Shown here piece by piece: positions 46,346 through 56,339 of a DNA stretch of 64,000 nt. The DNA lies in the IMG/VR virus record IMGVR_UViG_3300030419_007306, positions 5,207 through 69,206 of that record, one strand, 5' to 3'. Within the stretch, counting starts at the first letter, position 1. Each line of letters starts with the position of its first letter. The notes beneath the pieces were generated by a model. The model had not been told where the DNA came from. It was given only the letters and a program-made list of their open reading frames with translations, and searched no databases. The stretch is from a virus. Made by a program: the position numbers and the translations under genes.

Positions 46346-48255
46346 TCTACATCACCTTCTTTCAGTATACTTTTTACTCCCATAATCTTATCCAACATGG
46401 CCACTCCCAAGACATCAAATTTAATCATACCGATGTCCTCCATGTCCTGCATCTCTAAACCGCCTACAAGCTGCTTTGCTTTAGTGTCTAAGACCATTGG
46501 GCAGATTTCGTGTAGTGGATGAGGAGATATTACAACCCCTGCAGCGTGCTTGCTTTGTGCTCTCTTGGTGCCCTCTAACCGTATTGCCTGCTCAAATCTT
46601 TTAGCCAGTCTTCCTTGCAAATTTCCTTGTTCATCAATATAACACCATTCTCTAAGTTGTTCGGGTTTATTTTCTAGAGCCCATTTTATAACAGAAGACT
46701 CCCCTGTTTCTTCTAGCATTTCTTGTAATTCATCAGCAACTGCTGCTTTATCTGGAATGTGTTGGGTTATCAAATTCATTTCATCAAAAGATATGCCACC
46801 ATAAGCCCTTAAGACATCTTTAATCGCCCCACGACCCATCATGGTTTGGAACGTAATCATTTGTCCCACTTTATCATGACCATATTTTTCTTTGATGTAG
46901 TCAATTATTTCATCTCTTTTTGAAACTGGAACGTCCATATCTATATCCGGCATAGAAACCCTACCGTCAGTGTTTCTTCCGGCATTATAAAATCTTTCAA
47001 AAATAAGACCGTATTTGATAGGGTCTATTGAAGTGATACCTATAAGATATGACACAAGACAGCCTGCTGCTGAGCCTCTGCCAGGACCAGGCAGCCAGCC
47101 ATTTTTTCTAACATAGTCAATTATATCTGCAACTATTAAAAAATAACTAGACAAACCAGCACCCTGAAGAACTTCTAATTCATGCTTTACTCTTTCTGAA
47201 TAAGCCTCGGTTTTTTCTTTTTCAACCTTTCCTGCTATTTTGTCTTGCCATCCTTGTCTGCATAGGTCTCTCAGGTGTTCGTCTGGCCCTTTGTCACAAA
47301 AGAACGGAGGCAAGATTGGTGCGTGCAAGATATTATATTCTTCGCACATATTTGCTATTTCAAGAGTGTTGGCTAACTCTTCTTCTGTATGAATTTCGAC
47401 CATCTCTTCATAAGAAGGTATGTGGTATTTATCAGAGCGAAAGAATCCAGACAGAGGAACCTTTTCGTTTTTTGTCATCTTCTGTTTAATAGCTGGAACC
47501 GTAGTCTCCAGCATATTGCAGATTAATATCCGTTGGTCATCCGCATTTTCTGGGGCTGGGTAATGAGCATCAGGAGTAGCCACACAGGGAATACCTGTCT
47601 TCTTAGAAATATATCTCAGTCCCTCTGCTAGTATTTGTTGAATTGGTAAAATCTCTTTATCTATTAACTGAATCTCGATATAGAAATTTCCTTTTCCAAA
47701 TACTTCTTGATGTTTAAGGGCCAGTTGGCTAGTGTGCTCGACCCAATCTGGTCTAATTAGTGTTTTAACTTCTTCATAAGATAGGCCATCCATTTCCTTT
47801 ATGGCTCCGTCTATGAATAGTGCTTCGGCTAAATCAGAGCCTAGATGACCACTGAACGAAACGAGATTTCCATCACAAAATTCTGATAGCTGTTCTAAGC
47901 TAAGCCTTGGTTTTCTATAGAAGAAGTCTGGCTTGTTAGATTCTGAAGTTATCCTGATTAACTGTTTCCATCCAGCTAAATTCTTGGCTAAGATAACAAG
48001 ATGATTTAATTTAGCATTCTCTTTATTTCTTTCGCTCGCATGTTCTTTGCATATGTATAATTCACACCCTAGTATTGGCTTAAGATTATTCTTTTTCATC
48101 TCTTTGGTGAAAGCAACACTTCCAGAGATATTGCCATGGTCTGTAAGAGCGCAGCCAGCCAACCCTAGGCTTTTAATACGACCAGCAATTTGAGACGGAC
48201 TACTTAGCCCATCCAGCAAACTATAATGACTATGACAATGCAATGGAAAATACAT
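46336..48255 (-). CDS. dnaE: DNA polymerase III alpha, N-terminal half (PHP, palm, thumb)
   Basis: HCHSHYSLLDG; TDHG; GPGRGSAAG; PDIDMD; HAAGVVI; KFDVLG near the C-terminus. Confidence 0.92.
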   Translation of the reverse strand: MYFPLHCHSHYSLLDGLSSPSQIAGRIKSLGLAGCALTDHGNISGSVAFTKEMKKNNLKPILGCELYICKEHASERNKENAKLNHLVILAKNLAGWKQLIRITSESNKPDFFYRKPRLSLEQLSEFCDGNLVSFSGHLGSDLAEALFIDGAIKEMDGLSYEEVKTLIRPDWVEHTSQLALKHQEVFGKGNFYIEIQLIDKEILPIQQILAEGLRYISKKTGIPCVATPDAHYPAPENADDQRILICNMLETTVPAIKQKMTKNEKVPLSGFFRSDKYHIPSYEEMVEIHTEEELANTLEIANMCEEYNILHAPILPPFFCDKGPDEHLRDLCRQGWQDKIAGKVEKEKTEAYSERVKHELEVLQGAGLSSYFLIVADIIDYVRKNGWLPGPGRGSAAGCLVSYLIGITSIDPIKYGLIFERFYNAGRNTDGRVSMPDIDMDVPVSKRDEIIDYIKEKYGHDKVGQMITFQTMMGRGAIKDVLRAYGGISFDEMNLITQHIPDKAAVADELQEMLEETGESSVIKWALENKPEQLREWCYIDEQGNLQGRLAKRFEQAIRLEGTKRAQSKHAAGVVISPHPLHEICPMVLDTKAKQLVGGLEMQDMEDIGMIKFDVLGVAMLDKIMGVKSILKEGDVECF

Positions 48256-48256
48256 A

Positions 48257-48472
48257 TTAATCTTCCCTAAATCTAGCGAACCAATTTGAAACTGCCTTTT
48301 GATTTTCGGACTTTACAGCCTCTACTATATAGATAATGTCCTGAAGAGACTCTATATACATATTTAATATTTTTATATATGAAGACTTGTCTATATATTC
48401 ATTTGGGTCGTTTAATACCTTGGCCTTTGCTGCTATTAGCTGCTTTACTCTTTGTTTTATTTCAGATTTCAT
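48257..48472 (-). CDS. Hypothetical protein
   Basis: 71-aa ORF coupled to both neighbours. Confidence 0.5.
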   Translation of the reverse strand: MKSEIKQRVKQLIAAKAKVLNDPNEYIDKSSYIKILNMYIESLQDIIYIVEAVKSENQKAVSNWFARFRED

Positions 48473-49512
48473 TCTATACTGCCAGGTGCTTTATATTTTG
48501 CAACGTCATGATTAGGTGCCGTATAATCTTCCACAACCTTCTGCATGCCCTTGCTTTCTATTTCGTATCTAACCTGCTCACATTTGCTCATCGTTTGGCC
48601 ATACGGGGTTACTTTCCCATGTCTTGTTTCTAACATCGGGTGTACGTCTGTGTCCTCAAAGGTAGTCATACCTTGGTGGCAAATTTTTGAACATTTCCAA
48701 GACCTTTTAAGCCTAGGAATTCTAGTGCTCTTAATGTCTTCGAATTTTTTTCTTATCATTGCCTTAGTTTCTGGCATATCTTTTTTGGTAAAGCAGATGG
48801 AAAAAGGACCTCCGTCATTTATAAAATAAATAGTAACCATTATTTGCTCTGCTTCTGGGTAAAGCTGAGATGCGGCATAATGATAAATTCTCAACTGAGG
48901 GTCCTTGGTAAGCTTGGCAAAAGTTTTTTCTTCACCTGTCGCCCAGTCAAGCCTGCGTCCGGTTTTCCAGTCTACTATTTCGTAAAACCCATCGTCTACT
49001 TTGGTTATAAGGTCTATGGTCCCTTTCATGGATAATGTACCACGGATTTTTTCACCGTTCAAGTCATATTCATACTTGGCCCAAGGTTCGTCAATCTCAA
49101 AATCAAAGTGAGGCTCAGCTTCTACTACATGTCTTTTTCTGGGGTCAAACATTCCATCGTTAAATTTTACAGCTTTCCAAGTCCAGTTTATACAGTCTTT
49201 TAAGTCTCTGGGCTTCCAGTCATGATAGCTAAAAGCTGTAGAATAATATGTGTATATTCGTTCCGTAATTTCATTCAGGTCGTAACGACTGGATGACACC
49301 TCTCCGAGTATGTCGTCTGTGTAGAAACTAAGGCCATCTTGCTTGGCCTTTTTCGCAAGAGCCATGACCTCAAGTGCCTTATGAACTATGGTCCCCTTGT
49401 CTGCCTTTAGCCCACCCTTTCCTCTCCACCCAAGCACATATTCCATAAAATATTGCTGAGGACACATCGAGTGACAATTGAAACTTGAAGAACGAAAATA
49501 TGTGATTATAAT
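48469..49512 (-). CDS. PD-(D/E)xK exonuclease (RecB/AddB/Cas4-like)
   Basis: GTIVH; KGTIDL...IVDWKTG; QLRIYH; Cys cluster. First ATG is at 49467, but the frame extends to an ATT at 49512. Confidence 0.85.
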   Translation of the reverse strand: MIITYFRSSSFNCHSMCPQQYFMEYVLGWRGKGGLKADKGTIVHKALEVMALAKKAKQDGLSFYTDDILGEVSSSRYDLNEITERIYTYYSTAFSYHDWKPRDLKDCINWTWKAVKFNDGMFDPRKRHVVEAEPHFDFEIDEPWAKYEYDLNGEKIRGTLSMKGTIDLITKVDDGFYEIVDWKTGRRLDWATGEEKTFAKLTKDPQLRIYHYAASQLYPEAEQIMVTIYFINDGGPFSICFTKKDMPETKAMIRKKFEDIKSTRIPRLKRSWKCSKICHQGMTTFEDTDVHPMLETRHGKVTPYGQTMSKCEQVRYEIESKGMQKVVEDYTAPNHDVAKYKAPGSIE

Positions 49513-49514
49513 GA

Positions 49515-50273
49515 TTAGGTTCCTTCTGATATATTAAGAGCTAACCAATCCCAGCTCTTTAGTGTTTTGTACAACAGTTTGTTCTGGTCTTGTATATCTA
49601 TATTTTTGTTGTCTAAAATCAAGTCAAATTTATCCCAATCAAAATTGTCTTTATCTAGCGCCGTTTCGCTCTCATGCACATCGGGGCTTTCGTCGTTTCT
49701 TGTTAATCTAATAGTCTTGCCGCCAGCCTTTTTTATACCATCTACTTCATTTGGAAATCTGCAATCACAAATTATAGCTAGCTCAGGACTCTCTTCTTTA
49801 ATCTTTCTTATCGTAGCATCGACCCATACATTTGGGTATATACTACGGAAAAAATCTGTACCGACGAATTGCATAACTTCTCTCGCAGTTGCCCTCTTTC
49901 CTGTTTCTGGAGAAACAATATCGGTCATAGTGTTTTTATTTTCGTCTGTTCCATAGCATTGTTCATAGGACAGTCCAAGAACATCCATGCATACGCCCTT
50001 TTTGAGAAGGTCGGCAAAGGAGTATAGCTTAACAAATGGATTTAGATGTTCCTCCAAAAATCTTTTCATCGACTCTCCCTTGTTCATCACATCAAAGATT
50101 CCTTGGTTGTTTTCAGAATCTCCAAATATATCGGCAACCCAAAGCTGACCTTTGTTATTAATCTTAAAATTCGATGTTATCCCTAGGCTTAGCATCTCCC
50201 ATCCTATAATGAGGTTTGCGCAGGTGTTTTTGCCGCTTTGCTTCCTTCCGGAAAAGCCTAGTATATTCATCAC
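49515..50273 (-). CDS. Deoxynucleoside monophosphate kinase
   Basis: GFSGRKQSGK P-loop; SFADLLK; REVMQFVGTD; DCRFPNE; HESE. Confidence 0.85.
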   Translation of the reverse strand: MMNILGFSGRKQSGKNTCANLIIGWEMLSLGITSNFKINNKGQLWVADIFGDSENNQGIFDVMNKGESMKRFLEEHLNPFVKLYSFADLLKKGVCMDVLGLSYEQCYGTDENKNTMTDIVSPETGKRATAREVMQFVGTDFFRSIYPNVWVDATIRKIKEESPELAIICDCRFPNEVDGIKKAGGKTIRLTRNDESPDVHESETALDKDNFDWDKFDLILDNKNIDIQDQNKLLYKTLKSWDWLALNISEGT

Positions 50274-51376
50274 ATATTCCTTATTTGTTCTATGATTGGT
50301 TTAATGTCAGACGTTATTGCGTCTTTATCCATATCCCCAATATCGTTAAAATTAGAATGCTTGGGAAAATATATTCTATAAGTTTTATTGCACTGTTGAA
50401 AGATAGCGTCTGCCCCAGTTTTTCCGGCGTCATCATTATCAGTTAATACAACCAATGACATTGCGCCCAGAATATCCAATAAATCTTTTTGTGATTCGCT
50501 TAAATAGGTCCCAAATATTGCGACAGAATTATGTATTCCATTCTCTTCTAGTTTCCAGACATCTCCTGGTCCTTCTACTAGTATAACCGTACCACTTTCC
50601 TTTATATAATCCTTTGCTTTCCAATAATTATATAGATAGCTATCCGCATCAAAGCCCTTGCTGTGCAACCACTTGGGGGTCTGTCCTTCTACTGTCGCCC
50701 TTGCCGTGCAGCCAACCATGTACTTATGATTTTCATCGTATATTGGAACCACTATTCTATTGTACATAGGGGCTCCTGCTCTGGTACAAAGACCAACATC
50801 ATATTCCTCTAGAATAGAGCGGGTATATCCTCTATCTATATAATATTTCGCTGGTATTTCTAGTGAGCCTATAACTTTTTCTCTACTGATTAAAGAATTG
50901 TTATTTTTCCTGCCGTTAGAAAAAACACTATTTATCTTTGATTCAAACCTTCTTTTTTCTATGGATTGATAATCAGTATTTATATCTTCGTAATCTTTTT
51001 TTATAAATGAAAGTAAATACTTTATTGTGTCGGGAAAGGTTGTGTATTTGTCACCAATCTCCGACCATCCGTATGTGTTGTGTGATAAAACGCCTCTAAC
51101 AAAACCGATAAGAGTTGGTTTAAAAAACTTTTCGCAGTGATGCGTATTACACACCCAATGCCCCGCTCTAGTGTGTCCGGTTAGATATAGGTTTAGTGCC
51201 GTTGCATTATCCCCACCATGTACTGGGCATGGCCCATCTATTCTTCTGTGGCCTACGTCATATTCTACCCCAAGCAATTCTAGCAGCTCTTCTATATTTT
51301 CCAATACGGAAGCTTCTATCTCTGCCAGTTTCCAAGGGTCGAATTTCTCAACTGAACGGGATTTCTTCTTCGTCAT
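50270..51376 (-). CDS. dnaG: DNA primase (Zn finger plus TOPRIM)
   Basis: CPVHGGDN...C..C; RIVVPI; LVEGPGD; DNDDAG. Confidence 0.9.
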   Translation of the reverse strand: MTKKKSRSVEKFDPWKLAEIEASVLENIEELLELLGVEYDVGHRRIDGPCPVHGGDNATALNLYLTGHTRAGHWVCNTHHCEKFFKPTLIGFVRGVLSHNTYGWSEIGDKYTTFPDTIKYLLSFIKKDYEDINTDYQSIEKRRFESKINSVFSNGRKNNNSLISREKVIGSLEIPAKYYIDRGYTRSILEEYDVGLCTRAGAPMYNRIVVPIYDENHKYMVGCTARATVEGQTPKWLHSKGFDADSYLYNYWKAKDYIKESGTVILVEGPGDVWKLEENGIHNSVAIFGTYLSESQKDLLDILGAMSLVVLTDNDDAGKTGADAIFQQCNKTYRIYFPKHSNFNDIGDMDKDAITSDIKPIIEQIRNM

Positions 51377-52811
51377 TATCAACTACAAAACCCTCCTCAA
51401 TCTGAGTGTTGTTTGCACGAATTTCTGAGGCTGTTTTTCCTTCATTTATTTTACCGCACCAGCCCTTCATTTCCATATTAATATAATCACCGTCGTCAAT
51501 GCCTCCTCCGTGTCTAGCTACGAGGGGAACAAGCTTTCTGTTGCCATTAGATATTCCATCTTCTGCAATTTCTTCATCGGACTTGCGTTTGAATATACTA
51601 AAATTACTACAAAGCCAGATGATTCTATCTGAGCCACTGGCTGTATCGGTAGATTCTCTTGTAATACCGTCTCTATTTAATTGAATAAAAGCAAGGATGG
51701 GAACCTTATATCTTAACGCAAAATTATGAAGCCCCGTCATCATAAAACCTAGAACTTGGAACTCAGCCATCTGATTTGAAATTGAATCGGAAGACATCAG
51801 TTTAACATAATCATAAATCAAAACACACTCTTTGGCCGTACCGTCCGCATTTAACCCTACTTCTTTAGCCAACCATCTTCTCATAACAGAAAGCTGTTCT
51901 TCAAAAGGCATCCCTCCAATAGAATAATGAAAATACGGAACTTTGTCAAGCTTTTCAGCAGCTCTGTATATTTTATCTCTTTTGTCTGGTGTTTTTGCAA
52001 ACTGCCCCGTTTCTATGTCGTCAATAGAAACCTCGCTCATCATAGCTAGACTGCGATGTCTGTGGTCATCAAGTACCATTTCGGTATCTAAATTCAAGAC
52101 GGGAATATTAATTTCAGAGGATATGTGTAAACCAATATTATCTGCTAGTAATGTTTTACCGGTTTTTGGCCTAGCGCCTATAACATTTACAGTACCTCTT
52201 CTTAGGCCTCCTCCAATAGCACTATCATAGACTGGATAGCCTGTTGATATACCCATTTGTTCGCACGGGTTTTCTTCAAGGAATTTTATGTATTCTTGAA
52301 TTCCGTCTCCGACTATTACAGGAGCATCTCCTTTGTCATTAAGAAGAGAGCTAAAATCAAAAATAGCATCTTCCGCTATACCCAGTATATGGGATAGGTT
52401 TTCATCTCCGTTGAGCGTTTTAATTTTGTCTTGCGCTTCGCCAAGCTGACCATTTAGAAGACGTGCTATTTCTAGCTTTCGTATTTTTGCTGCAAATTTT
52501 CTAACGTTTCCGGAATTAACGGGAAATTTTGTTACAGCATCTAAATGTTTTACTTCTTCTCTTTTATCGAATACATGGCTTAAGCCAAGCTCTGAAGAAG
52601 CTGAAAAAATACTTGGAATGTCTACTGATTCATTTTTATTATTCTCTAAAACATGTTTTAAACATTTGAAAATTACAGCATTAGAATCTACCGTAAAGGT
52701 GTTTTCATTCACTATGTCTGCGACATCAAAATATGCACTATTGCCGTGGTTAAATATTCCAGACAACACAGCTCTTTCTGCGGCAGGGTCTGTTAAAAGC
52801 ATCTCTGACAC
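51348..52811 (-). CDS. dnaB: Replicative DNA helicase
   Basis: AERAVL; GARPKTGKT Walker A; DTEM; YDYVKLM; QLNR. Confidence 0.92.
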   Translation of the reverse strand: MSEMLLTDPAAERAVLSGIFNHGNSAYFDVADIVNENTFTVDSNAVIFKCLKHVLENNKNESVDIPSIFSASSELGLSHVFDKREEVKHLDAVTKFPVNSGNVRKFAAKIRKLEIARLLNGQLGEAQDKIKTLNGDENLSHILGIAEDAIFDFSSLLNDKGDAPVIVGDGIQEYIKFLEENPCEQMGISTGYPVYDSAIGGGLRRGTVNVIGARPKTGKTLLADNIGLHISSEINIPVLNLDTEMVLDDHRHRSLAMMSEVSIDDIETGQFAKTPDKRDKIYRAAEKLDKVPYFHYSIGGMPFEEQLSVMRRWLAKEVGLNADGTAKECVLIYDYVKLMSSDSISNQMAEFQVLGFMMTGLHNFALRYKVPILAFIQLNRDGITRESTDTASGSDRIIWLCSNFSIFKRKSDEEIAEDGISNGNRKLVPLVARHGGGIDDGDYINMEMKGWCGKINEGKTASEIRANNTQIEEGFVVDNDEEEIPFS

Positions 52812-53263
52812 TATTTTTTAAACCCCCTGACTTGACAACGATTACAAATATATCTTTCAATTTCTTGAGGCACTAGAGAAGCTGAGATTGCTTCGCTTTT
52901 ATTACAAGCGCGACATCTCACATCTATTAAGTTTGACTTTCTACTTCTATCAGAAGGTGGGTGTATAGCCAGCTTTTTATCAATCTCAACATCTTCTTTA
53001 TGATGGTTTTTTTCTGGCATTTTATCAAAGAGATTAGCCCTTTTTCCTTCTGTAGGAACAGGCTCTCCTCTTCCTTCCTCAGTCTTGGACTCTATCTTAT
53101 GCAGAAACTTGAAATCGGCGTTCTCTTCTTTTTTTTGCTGGGTTTTCTTAGCGGTTTTTCGAGAAGTCTTTTTGTTGGCTAGTTTTTGTATCATCTTACT
53201 AACCTTAAACAAGTCTTCTTGATTTAATTTGGACAGTGCTTTTTCAGTTTTTTTGTCAAACAT
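52811..53263 (-). CDS. Hypothetical protein with C-terminal zinc ribbon
   Basis: CRAC...CNRC. Confidence 0.55.
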   Translation of the reverse strand: MFDKKTEKALSKLNQEDLFKVSKMIQKLANKKTSRKTAKKTQQKKEENADFKFLHKIESKTEEGRGEPVPTEGKRANLFDKMPEKNHHKEDVEIDKKLAIHPPSDRSRKSNLIDVRCRACNKSEAISASLVPQEIERYICNRCQVRGFKK

Positions 53264-53774
53264 TATTTACCCTCTTAGACCTCTGTACTGCTAAGAAAAT
53301 ATCTGCGCGATTGTTTATATTTGAAGAAAGGAAATTCAATCTATCTGAGCGTTGTTTGGCATACACTTTAATTTTTTTTAGCTTCATAGCATATGTATTA
53401 TTTTTTATAGCTTGTTCGAGCCTTTCAGCATAAGAGTAGCCTTTATAATTATGAACCTCATGAGCGACAAGAGTTTTAATGGTATCTTCGGCCCAGTTCA
53501 CACGGGCCATTTCTCTATTATACGCCCTTTGGACATGAAATGATAGTTCATTTAGTATGAGGGCTGCGGAAGCACAATCTTGGGGACTGAGCTTTTCTAT
53601 GTGCCCTCTATTTATATGCATGTATTCAGAGGCCTCAGGGTTTTTATACGCCACAAGAAAAGGAGGGAGGCCTGTTGAGGATTCGTATTCGTCTAGAATT
53701 TTATCCCACTTTTCAAGCTCTTCCTTGGCTGGATTGGAGACCTTATTTGTTTTCGATTCTTCGTTTCCACTCAT
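53256..53774 (-). CDS. Helical protein, possible UvsY-like recombination mediator
   Basis: Coiled-coil ending QRSK, located near recA; start chosen at MSGNEE. Confidence 0.4.
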   Translation of the reverse strand: MSGNEESKTNKVSNPAKEELEKWDKILDEYESSTGLPPFLVAYKNPEASEYMHINRGHIEKLSPQDCASAALILNELSFHVQRAYNREMARVNWAEDTIKTLVAHEVHNYKGYSYAERLEQAIKNNTYAMKLKKIKVYAKQRSDRLNFLSSNINNRADIFLAVQRSKRVNNV

Positions 53775-54153
53775 TGTCATCCTCATTATATGGAAGCTGG
53801 ACAACTTCTATTCCGTTTTTTTCACACCACTCGACTTTTTCTTCATCTCTTTTTTTAGACTTTGCAAACCCAAAGGTCGAACCATGATAAAAAGGAATAA
53901 ATTTGTAATGCTGTTCTCCGTGAACTTCTATACATAAATTATGCAGCGGGAGAAAAAAGTCAAGGTATAGTACCTGCCCCTTTCTTAACGGAATAGATAC
54001 TTCTTCGAGCACCTGACAAGTGGGGAATATCTCTTTAAGTAAGGCTCTAGCTCTTAAATGATATTCAGAACGACCTCGTCCAGCATTGTTCTTGGGAATG
54101 TGGCCAGTAATCTTCCAAGTATGATATTCATTATCTAAGTCTACTATCCTCAT
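53743..54153 (-). CDS. Vsr/DUF559-like endonuclease
   Basis: LYLDFFLP...IEVHGEQH...RDEEK..WC..NGI. Confidence 0.75.
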   Translation of the reverse strand: MRIVDLDNEYHTWKITGHIPKNNAGRGRSEYHLRARALLKEIFPTCQVLEEVSIPLRKGQVLYLDFFLPLHNLCIEVHGEQHYKFIPFYHGSTFGFAKSKKRDEEKVEWCEKNGIEVVQLPYNEDDNEWKRRIENK

Positions 54154-55163
54154 ATCCCCAAAAAGCCTTTAATACTATTTTGTAATGATTCTCTAAACTG
54201 AGGGTTCTCTAATAAGGCGATTCTACATTTTTCGATGCCTTGAAACTTTGGCTTTTCTTCCTCTTCTACGAAAGAAAGTGTCATCCAGGCACCCGCTTTT
54301 TGAATTATGCCTAGGTCTGTACCAAGTACTATAAGCTCTGTAAGCTCATCTATTCCTTCTCCATATCTTAAATAGCTTTCAATCCTACCTCCGGGAGGGC
54401 CTAGCGCAGATGTAATGACTTGCCATTCTATGGTCTGTCCTATTTGAGTTCCAGAAATTTCCCATGGAGAAAACCTTCTAGCCCGCAGTTTCACATCGAC
54501 TTGATACGCAACAGCTTGACCAGACTTTTCTTTGAATTCTGCTCCATATCCAGTAGGATTCCCCATCAAGTGGGTGATGCCAATAACTACGTTTTTGTTA
54601 ACAGGAACTACATTAGCAACTTTTCTACAAAACTTTGCCAATAACTTAGCCCCATCTGCTCTTTGCATTTTATCCATACCAGATGTAATTTCTGCTTCTG
54701 TACATAAAGCCGAATAAGAATCTAGTATGACCACTGAGCCGGGAACATTGTTGATAGTCTTTTCTGCTATAGAAAGGTAGTCTTCTGCCGACAAAATCTT
54801 TCCTGGCTCGGAACCTATGACATGAAATCTATCTAAATCTAATCCCGGTATTCCTTCTAGGTCTCTTTTTTTTAACCTGCCTTCTATATTGAAAAAATAT
54901 ACGTCACGACCATCCTTACAAAGCTCGCCGTTATATTTGGCTTCTTGGCACCTTGCGGCAAAGTGAAGAGACAGAGTTGTCTTGCCGCATTTTGGTTGAC
55001 CCGTTAACACGACAAAACTTCCTTCTGGTATTCCTCCTCCTAGAACAACATCTAAAGAAGGAGATATTGGAATTGTGAGTAACTCTGAGTCAACAACAGA
55101 AGAACCTGACCGTATGACACCCTCTCCAAATTCCTTCAAAATATCTTTTTCTATACTAATCAT
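54150..55163 (-). CDS. recA: RecA/UvsX-like recombinase
   Basis: LDVVLGGGIPEG; GQPKCGKTT; ILDSYSAL; LRYGEGID; AGAW. Confidence 0.9.
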   Translation of the reverse strand: MISIEKDILKEFGEGVIRSGSSVVDSELLTIPISPSLDVVLGGGIPEGSFVVLTGQPKCGKTTLSLHFAARCQEAKYNGELCKDGRDVYFFNIEGRLKKRDLEGIPGLDLDRFHVIGSEPGKILSAEDYLSIAEKTINNVPGSVVILDSYSALCTEAEITSGMDKMQRADGAKLLAKFCRKVANVVPVNKNVVIGITHLMGNPTGYGAEFKEKSGQAVAYQVDVKLRARRFSPWEISGTQIGQTIEWQVITSALGPPGGRIESYLRYGEGIDELTELIVLGTDLGIIQKAGAWMTLSFVEEEEKPKFQGIEKCRIALLENPQFRESLQNSIKGFLGI

Positions 55164-55588
55164 ATATCTAACTCGCTAAGCCTTCCAAGTATATTGTCTT
55201 TGACTCGGTGTTGTCTGGGTTTGGTCGTAGTGTCTTTTCGAATTATGTCCGCTTCTTTACTTTTTGCTTTATCTAGCTCCAAGTTGTGCTTGCATTCTTT
55301 TATAATATCATCTAATGTAGGAGCGCGTAAAGAATATATGTATTGCGCTTTTTTAGATTTTATTGCTTTTATGACAACCACCTCATCATATAGCTTCAAT
55401 AAACCACGGGCGGCAAACAGCTGAGATGTAAACCTTTTCTTCCAATGAGGAAGGTTCCAGAACTGCTTCGGTAATTCTTTTTTGTCCTTTTGGGCCTGTC
55501 TCTCACAGACCACTTCAGCCAGATACTGGGCGGCAGTTACTTTTTTATCGCCGTGTGTATATCTAGAAGGATATTTGCTGCTGCTCAT
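55160..55588 (-). CDS. Hypothetical protein
   Basis: 142-aa ORF coupled to recA. Confidence 0.55.
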   Translation of the reverse strand: MSSSKYPSRYTHGDKKVTAAQYLAEVVCERQAQKDKKELPKQFWNLPHWKKRFTSQLFAARGLLKLYDEVVVIKAIKSKKAQYIYSLRAPTLDDIIKECKHNLELDKAKSKEADIIRKDTTTKPRQHRVKDNILGRLSELDI

Positions 55589-55950
55589 TCATCAGAACCA
55601 TCTATCTTGTAAATAGCGCCTTGGGACATTCTGGAGGGTGTTAGCTCCTGATTTCCATCTCCTCTAGCAGAAGCTGCTTCTGTCATTACAGATACTCCCC
55701 TTTCCTTTTTGGCCAGTGTTTTATTGACCATTAAATCCTTAGCCCTTAAAGGCTGTGACTTAGCTTCTTTTGCTTTTTGTGCCTTCTTTGTTTTTTGCTT
55801 AGTCGCTTTTCTTTTAATTTCGCTTCGGTAGTTTTCAACTGTTTTCTTGGTTCTACCAAGCTCCTTGGCAATTTCTTCTGGCGTATGTTTATCTTTAAGC
55901 ATACCCTCTATAATATATTTTTCGTTTTGTGTTAATTTTCCTCTGGCCAT
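55585..55950 (-). CDS. HTH DNA-binding protein
   Basis: KLTQNEK...EEIAKELGRTKKTVENY; start at 55950 (TAATG coupling). Confidence 0.65.
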   Translation of the reverse strand: MARGKLTQNEKYIIEGMLKDKHTPEEIAKELGRTKKTVENYRSEIKRKATKQKTKKAQKAKEAKSQPLRAKDLMVNKTLAKKERGVSVMTEAASARGDGNQELTPSRMSQGAIYKIDGSDE

Positions 55951-56339
55951 TATACCAACTCTCTTTCTGCATTGTTCAGCCATGCTTCATTTTTGGTTTC
56001 TAAAAACTTAAGATAATAATCAAAAACTTTTTTATTAACATCTCTAAAAACCCAGTTCGGCCTGCCAGCGTGTCGAAGCTGCTTCGATTCATTTCCTTCA
56101 GAATACATTCCGCTAGGATTGTACAAACGACCATATTTATTTTGCTTTACGTAATAGGTTGCTTTGCCATTTACTCGGATGACTTTCGCATAGGCCGCAG
56201 CAGCATCTTCTTCTATCTCTTCCAAGAGGGTTGTGTATGCAACAACATCTCTCTCATCTTCGTTTTGGATTTCGTTGCTGTCAAGAGATGAGGGCTTATA
56301 AACCGCGCCATCTAATTCTTCATTAGATATTCTAGCCAT
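55950..56339 (-). CDS. Hypothetical protein
   Basis: 129-aa ORF in the operon. Confidence 0.55.
   Translation of the reverse strand: MARISNEELDGAVYKPSSLDSNEIQNEDERDVVAYTTLLEEIEEDAAAAYAKVIRVNGKATYYVKQNKYGRLYNPSGMYSEGNESKQLRHAGRPNWVFRDVNKKVFDYYLKFLETKNEAWLNNAERELV

Noticed and set aside
42480-46420. Split intein or self-splicing intron joining the dnaE halves
   Set aside because: No intein N-terminal block after the N-half, no C-terminal HN/C motif at the start of the C-half, and the gap is filled with ordinary metabolic genes.
48469-49512. CRISPR-Cas system (Cas4-like nuclease)
   Set aside because: No repeat-spacer array or other cas genes were seen. Stand-alone Cas4/RecB-like nucleases are common in phage replication modules.
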